NCBI RefSeq assembly: GCF_900167395.1
Contig: NZ_FUWK01000001.1
Span: 150,001-182,000, forward strand
Direction: 5' to 3'
DNA length: 32,000 nucleotides
From: Nitrosomonas europaea
Lineage (GTDB): Bacteria; Pseudomonadota; Gammaproteobacteria; Burkholderiales; Nitrosomonadaceae
The notes under the pieces were generated by a model, which saw only the letters and a list, made by a program, of their open reading frames with translations, was not told the DNA's origin and made no database searches. Shown here piece by piece: positions 27,093 through 32,000 of this stretch. Numbering within the stretch: position 1 is the stretch's first letter; every line of letters starts with the position of its first letter. A program made the translations under genes and the position numbers.

Positions 27093-28202
27093 TTACTTGC
27101 GAATACGGTTTCCCGGTTCCAGATACCCGGCAACTTCCAGACTGAAACCGGTCATGCTGGGCATACGGCGGGGAGTGGCCAGCAGGCGCATTTTACTGAC
27201 TCCGAGGTCCTTGAGAATCTGCGCGCCGATACCATGCTGGCGCAGATCCGGCACGGGTTTGTCCGGTTGCCGCGGCCTGGCTCGCAAAATCCGGTCGGTC
27301 AGCACACTGGCATCATTCTTGCGGTGCAGCAGCACGACCACTCCTTTCCCGGCTTGTGCAATGACCGCCATGGCGTCATGAATGCTCCAGGAGTGGCTGT
27401 GATCATCGGCTTCCAGCAGATCGATCACCGACAGAGGTTCGTGCACTCGCACCAGTACTTCCTCACCGGTATTCCATGTGCCTTTTACCAGCGCGATATG
27501 AGTTACACCGGCAATCTTATCATGGTAGGCAATCAGCCTGAATTCGCCGTGGGCAGTGTGCAGGGGACGCTCGGCAAAACGTGATACCAGACTTTCCGTG
27601 AGATTGCGATGATGGATGAGATCAGCAATCGTCCCGATCTTGAGAGTGTGTTTGCCGGCAAATTCGATCAAATCCGGCAATCGTGCCATTTCGCCATTTT
27701 CTTTCAAAATCTCGCAGATCACCGCAGCTTCAGTCAAACCTGCCAGACGTCCCAGATCACAGCCTGCCTCGGTATGGCCGGCACGCGCCAGTACACCCCC
27801 TTTCTGTGCCTTGAGCGGGAAAATATGACCCGGTTGAACCAGGTCTTCCGGTCTGGCATCGGCTTTGACGGCTGCCTGAACGGTACAAGCTCGGTCGGCG
27901 GCGGAAATACCGGTCGTCACACCCGTTGCCGCCTCGATGGAGACGGTGAAATTGGTGCCAAGTGGTGAATGGTTGTCTGCCACCATCATAGGCAGTTTGA
28001 GCTGATGACAGCGTTCTTCCGTCAATGTCAGGCAGATCAGTCCTCTGCCATATCGAGCCATGAAGTTGATCGCTTCGGGTGTGACAAAGTCGGCAGCCAG
28101 CACCAGATCACCTTCATTCTCGCGATCTTCCTCATCGATCAGAATAACCATTTTTCCATTTCTGAAATCTGCCAGAATTTCTTCAGTCGAGGAAATCGTC
28201 AT
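27093..28202 (-). CDS. ribBA: Bifunctional 3,4-dihydroxy-2-butanone-4-phosphate synthase / GTP cyclohydrolase II
   Basis: 369 aa. The N-terminal DHBP synthase part is [20 protein letters not shown]…GHTEAG. The C-terminal part is a GCH II-like domain. The ATG overlaps the ribE stop (ATGA). Confidence 0.92.
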   Translation of the reverse strand: MTISSTEEILADFRNGKMVILIDEEDRENEGDLVLAADFVTPEAINFMARYGRGLICLTLTEERCHQLKLPMMVADNHSPLGTNFTVSIEAATGVTTGISAADRACTVQAAVKADARPEDLVQPGHIFPLKAQKGGVLARAGHTEAGCDLGRLAGLTEAAVICEILKENGEMARLPDLIEFAGKHTLKIGTIADLIHHRNLTESLVSRFAERPLHTAHGEFRLIAYHDKIAGVTHIALVKGTWNTGEEVLVRVHEPLSVIDLLEADDHSHSWSIHDAMAVIAQAGKGVVVLLHRKNDASVLTDRILRARPRQPDKPVPDLRQHGIGAQILKDLGVSKMRLLATPRRMPSMTGFSLEVAGYLEPGNRIRK

Positions 28203-28804
28203 GGTTGTCTGCCTTGGGCCTGATCGAGTAAACGTGCCACGTATTTCGCTATCATATCGGTTTCCAGATTCACTTTCCTGTCAGGGTTAAACTGCCCGAA
28301 AGTCGTATTGGCCAATGTATGGGGGATCAGGTTGATTTCAACCCGTCCGGCCTCTATTTGATTTACAGTGAGGCTGACACCATCGACCGTGATTGAACCT
28401 TTGGGGATGACGTATTTGAGCAGTTGCGTAGGCAATTCGATTGCCAGCAGGCAGCGGTCACCCGTCTGCGTGAATTCCACGACCTCGCCGATCCCTTCCA
28501 CATGGCCGCTGACCAGATGACCATCCAGCCGGTCGGAGAACCGCAGCGCTTTTTCCAGATTGACCGGATTGCCGGGAATATCCAGCCCATGTGCGCAGCT
28601 CAGGGTTTCACCGGAGACATCGACGGTAAAGCATCCCTCTTCAAATGCAGTGACAGTCAGGCAGGCGCCATTGACAGCAATACTGTCGCCAATGGCGACA
28701 TCCGCCAGATCCAGTTTACCGGGATCGATATAGATACGTACCGCATCCTTTTCCGGATGGACGTGTCGGATATTGCCAACTGCTTCGATAATTCCTGTGA
28801 ACAT
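28199..28804 (-). CDS. ribE: Riboflavin synthase (alpha chain)
   Basis: I prefer the internal ATG at 28802-28804, giving the canonical N-terminus [10 protein letters not shown]. An internal duplication is present (…VNGACLTV… / …VDGVSLTV…). The ORF-track start at 28837 adds 11 non-conserved residues. Confidence 0.88.
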   Translation of the reverse strand: MFTGIIEAVGNIRHVHPEKDAVRIYIDPGKLDLADVAIGDSIAVNGACLTVTAFEEGCFTVDVSGETLSCAHGLDIPGNPVNLEKALRFSDRLDGHLVSGHVEGIGEVVEFTQTGDRCLLAIELPTQLLKYVIPKGSITVDGVSLTVNQIEAGRVEINLIPHTLANTTFGQFNPDRKVNLETDMIAKYVARLLDQAQGRQP

Positions 28805-28933
28805 GTTTTTCCGGGTTTTGAATGAATTCTGCCGCAAACAGATGAGACCCCGGTCAATCGGGCAGCTCGATCACTGATATAATTCACAGTTTGTCTGGAA
28901 TCGTCCAGACCGACTGCCGAGGAACTTTCAATT

Positions 28934-30748
28934 ATGACACGCCTGCTCCGTAATATCGCCATTATCGCCCATGTGGACCATGGCAAGACCACGATGGTGG
29001 ATAAGCTGCTGCACCAGGCCGGCACCTTCGCCGCTCACCAGACTGTTGCTGAACGAGTGATGGATTCGGATGATATCGAGCGCGAACGCGGAATCACGAT
29101 TTTTTCCAAGAATTGTGCAATCGACTACGCGGGTGTACATATCAATATCGTGGATACGCCGGGCCATGCCGATTTCGGTGGAGAGGTCGAGCGCGTACTG
29201 TCGATGGTGGATGGCGTGCTGCTGCTGGTGGATGCCGTTGAGGGTCCCATGCCGCAAACCCGGTTCGTGACCCGTAAAGCACTGGCTTCCGGTTTGCGTC
29301 CGATCGTGGTCGTCAACAAAATCGATCGTCCTGGCGCACGGCCGGACTGGGTCGTGAACCAGACGTTCGATCTGTTCGATAAATTGAATGCTACTGAGGA
29401 GCAGCTCGATTTTCCGGTGGTTTATGCTTCTGCACTCAACGGCTATGCCACGCTGGATGCCAATCAGCCTGGCAGCGACATGCGCCCGCTGTTCGACATG
29501 ATACTCAAACATGTTCCGGCGCCGGTGGGTGATCCCGACCAGCCGCTGCAGCTGCAGATCAGTGCGCTCGATTATTCGAGTTTCGTCGGACGTCTCGGTA
29601 TTGGAAGGATCAATCGTGGTCGCCTGAAGCCGGGGCAGGAAGTCATGGTGCTGACAGGTGAGCGGGCACCGAAAAAAGCACGTGTCAATCAGGTATCCGG
29701 ATTTCGCGGGCTGGATCGGATCCAGCTGAGCGAAGCCGCGGCCGGTGACATTGTGCTGATCAGCGGTATCGAGGAACTCGGTATCGGAACGACCCTGGCG
29801 GATATCGATCATCCGGAGGCATTGCCGATGCCGGTAGTCGATGAACCGACGCTTTCGATGAATTTTCAGGTCAACACCTCGCCTTTTGCAGGTAAGGAAG
29901 GTAAATTCGTTACCAGCCGCCAGTTGCGTGAACGTCTTGAAAAGGAGCTGCTGACCAATGTTGCGTTGCGGCTGGAAGAAACCGGTGAAACCGACTCGTT
30001 TCTCGTTTCCGGCCGCGGCGAATTGCATTTGACGATTCTGCTCGAAAACATGCGCCGGGAAGGTTATGAACTGGCGGTGTCCCGTCCCAAGGTGGTGATC
30101 CGTGAAATTGATGGTGAAAAGTGTGAACCGTTCGAGGTTCTGACCGTCGATATCGATGAAGCCAATCAGGGCGCGGTAATGGAAGCGCTGGGAACACGCC
30201 GTGGTGACCTGCTGGATATGGTGACTGACGGGCGCGGTCGGGTCAGGTTGGATTACCGTATTCCCGCACGCGGCCTGATCGGATTCCAGTCGGAATTTAT
30301 GACGCTGACGCGTGGTACCGGCATCATGAGTCATGTTTTTGATGAATATGCACCAATGCGGCCGGATATGGCCTCACGCAAAAACGGGGTGCTGATTTCA
30401 GCAGAAATGGGCGAGGCGGTGGCCTACGCGCTGTGGAAGCTGCAGGAACGCGGACGTATGTTCGTCAGCCCCGGAGAGCCATTGTATGAAGGCATGGTGA
30501 TTGGTATCCACAGCCGTGAGAATGATCTGGTTGTTAACCCGATCAAGGGCAAGCAACTGACCAATATCCGGGCATCCGGCCATGACGAGGCAGTGGTGCT
30601 GACACCGCCGATTCAGTTGACGCTGGAATCAGCCATCGAATTCATCGCAGATGACGAGCTGGTTGAAATTACGCCGAAAAGCATTCGCATCCGTAAACGC
30701 TTCCTGCTGGAACACGAACGTAAACGGGCATCCCGCAGCGCAGCCTGA
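28934..30748 (+). CDS. typA: Translational GTPase TypA/BipA
   Basis: 604 aa with G1 [10 protein letters not shown]3 [12 protein letters not shown]4 NKIDR, EF-G-like domains III/V and a BipA-specific C-terminal domain. Confidence 0.95.
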   Translation: MTRLLRNIAIIAHVDHGKTTMVDKLLHQAGTFAAHQTVAERVMDSDDIERERGITIFSKNCAIDYAGVHINIVDTPGHADFGGEVERVLSMVDGVLLLVDAVEGPMPQTRFVTRKALASGLRPIVVVNKIDRPGARPDWVVNQTFDLFDKLNATEEQLDFPVVYASALNGYATLDANQPGSDMRPLFDMILKHVPAPVGDPDQPLQLQISALDYSSFVGRLGIGRINRGRLKPGQEVMVLTGERAPKKARVNQVSGFRGLDRIQLSEAAAGDIVLISGIEELGIGTTLADIDHPEALPMPVVDEPTLSMNFQVNTSPFAGKEGKFVTSRQLRERLEKELLTNVALRLEETGETDSFLVSGRGELHLTILLENMRREGYELAVSRPKVVIREIDGEKCEPFEVLTVDIDEANQGAVMEALGTRRGDLLDMVTDGRGRVRLDYRIPARGLIGFQSEFMTLTRGTGIMSHVFDEYAPMRPDMASRKNGVLISAEMGEAVAYALWKLQERGRMFVSPGEPLYEGMVIGIHSRENDLVVNPIKGKQLTNIRASGHDEAVVLTPPIQLTLESAIEFIADDELVEITPKSIRIRKRFLLEHERKRASRSAA

Positions 30749-30760
30749 CATTCTTGGCTA

Positions 30761-31399
30761 ATGGCCATGGAAAAACCGGTTCTGTGGTATATAGCCGACC
30801 CCATGTGTTCATGGTGCTGGGGGTTTGCACCGGTAATCGAGAACATCCGGCAGGAATATTCAGCATTTTTAACGGTGAAGATAATGCCGGGTGGATTGCG
30901 GCCGGGAACGAACACGCCGCTTTTACCGGAAAAAAGAGCACAAATCCTGCATCACTGGCATTCAGTACATATCACTACTGGCCAGCCTTTCACTTTTGAA
31001 AATGCTTTGCCGGAAGGTTTCATTTACGACACCGAACCTGCCTGCCGGGGTGTCGTCAGTGTTTCACTGATCGAACCGGAAAAGGTATTTCCTTTTTTTG
31101 CCGCGATACAGCGTGCTTTTTATGTCGGGCAGGAAGATGTTGCGCAACTTGCCATTTTGAAAAAACTTGCAGTAGATCTGGGCATACCGGAATCACGATT
31201 TACTCCGGTATTTCAATCTGATGAGGCGAAACAGCGGACACTGGCAGGTTTTCAGCGTGTGGCACAATGGGGAATAAGTGGATTTCCGGCGCTTGTGGTT
31301 GAAAGCGGAACAGATCGCTATCTGATTACTACAGGTTATCGTCCGATCGAAGCATTGCGCCAGCTGCTGGACACCTGGCTGCAGCAGCATGGAGTTTGA
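30761..31399 (+). CDS. DsbA-family thioredoxin-fold protein (CxxC = CSWC)
   Basis: 212 aa. The segment YIADPMCSWCWGFAPVIE has the active-site-like CSWC at the N-terminus of a helix. No signal peptide is seen, so it is probably cytoplasmic (COG3531-like). Confidence 0.7.
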   Translation: MAMEKPVLWYIADPMCSWCWGFAPVIENIRQEYSAFLTVKIMPGGLRPGTNTPLLPEKRAQILHHWHSVHITTGQPFTFENALPEGFIYDTEPACRGVVSVSLIEPEKVFPFFAAIQRAFYVGQEDVAQLAILKKLAVDLGIPESRFTPVFQSDEAKQRTLAGFQRVAQWGISGFPALVVESGTDRYLITTGYRPIEALRQLLDTWLQQHGV

Positions 31400-31417
31400 T
31401 TGAAGCTGACTGATTTT

Positions 31418-32000
31418 TTAGTGCTGACACCGTGCACAAAAGAAAGTGGACCGCTGGCCTTGCCGGGTTTTACTCACAAGCTCTCCGCATTGCCGGCATG
31501 ACTGGCCGGCTCGCCCGTACACCCAATATTGCTGCTGAAAATAACCCGGACTGCCTTCACAATCAGTGAAGTCACGCAGACTGCTTCCTCCAGCCTTGAT
31601 TGCACGCAGCAGAGTCGCCTTGACAGCATCAACCAACCGTTCGCATTGCATGGTATTCAGACTGCCAGCCGCGGCCAGAGGGGAAATCCCGGCTTGAAAC
31701 AAAGCTTCATTGGCGTAAATGTTGCCTATACCGACCACGATGTGCTGGTTCATGAGCACTTCCTTGATACTGGCGTTGCGCCCTCGTGTTTTTGTATACA
31801 GAAACTGTCCATCGAAATCATCGCTCAAAGGTTCGGGACCCAGTTTCTGTAATAGCGGATGCTGACGAATATCGCCATCCCACCACAGGATGGCGCCAAA
31901 CCGCCGCGGATCACGAAAACGCAGCATCATTCCATTGTCCACTTGCAGATCGAAATGATCGTGCAATTGTGGTGGAGTCGATTCAGGCAACACACGCAAA
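31418..32000 (-). CDS. mutM: Formamidopyrimidine-DNA glycosylase (Fpg/MutM), N-terminus beyond the window
   Basis: The C-terminal 193 aa are visible: H2TH region [20 protein letters not shown] and zinc finger [29 protein letters not shown]. The frame is open to base 32000, and the apparent start at 31999 is only a TTG at the window edge. Confidence 0.9.
   Translation of the reverse strand, partial: LRVLPESTPPQLHDHFDLQVDNGMMLRFRDPRRFGAILWWDGDIRQHPLLQKLGPEPLSDDFDGQFLYTKTRGRNASIKEVLMNQHIVVGIGNIYANEALFQAGISPLAAAGSLNTMQCERLVDAVKATLLRAIKAGGSSLRDFTDCEGSPGYFQQQYWVYGRAGQSCRQCGELVSKTRQGQRSTFFCARCQH

Noticed and set aside
28805-28933. Looked for an FMN (RFN) riboswitch upstream of ribE in the ribE/typA divergent spacer
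   Set aside because: The spacer is only ~130 bp. It lacks the conserved RFN core segments (GGGCAGGGTGAAATTCCC, CCGACAGT, AGTCTGGATG-type blocks) on the minus strand.
28928-30334. 468-aa ORF antisense to typA with no stop codons
   Set aside because: Its codons are exactly in register with typA codons. It stays open simply because typA uses no TTA, CTA or TCA codons over this stretch. The translation is Arg/His/Gln-rich nonsense with no motif or RBS, whereas typA on the plus strand has all GTPase motifs.

Overview
This is a core-chromosome window next to the replication origin of a proteobacterium. Gene content and order look beta/gammaproteobacterial; I cannot name the species by eye, and GC content is roughly balanced.

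Supported features are about 33 protein genes, a three-tRNA operon and the RNase P RNA.
- Left arm, almost all on the minus strand: mfd (5' partial, plus strand), a small TIGR04073-like secreted protein, fdxA, tRNA-Gly/Cys/Leu, rluF-like, ybaN-like, gyrB, dnaN, dnaA.
- Right of dnaA, orientation flips to plus: ldtD (ycbB)-mepK (ycbK), then a sulfide/persulfide detoxification cluster. That cluster comprises a divergent persulfide-dioxygenase-like MBL protein, two half-size YeeE/YedE proteins, a BigR-like ArsR repressor, a DUF442::type II SQR fusion and a TauE/SafE exporter.
- Next come hslR-recQ, a general porin, rnpB (minus) and an orphan outer-membrane beta-barrel gene.
- The last block is the conserved minus-strand ribE-ribBA-ribH-nusB-thiL-pgpA-pncC, followed by typA, a DsbA-like protein and mutM (partial).

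I saw no IS element, integrase, CRISPR array, toxin-antitoxin pair or recognisable defence gene, so I do not claim a novel multi-gene system.

The most noteworthy items are:
1. A DnaA-box cluster plus AT-rich tract in the dnaA-dnaN spacer, a candidate oriC. The usual rpmH-rnpA-yidC neighbours upstream of dnaA are absent.
2. The sulfide cluster, with an unusual DUF442-SQR fusion and nested inverted repeats over both divergent -10 hexamers.
3. An HRDC-less RecQ translationally coupled to hslR.
4. A compact (~290 nt) RNase P RNA that the ORF track mis-reads as ORFs.
5. An orphan coiled-coil/His-rich beta-barrel protein behind a near-consensus promoter and a ~200-nt structured leader.

Several ORF-track starts were corrected: the TIGR04073-like gene, ybaN, hslR, ribE and ldtD.
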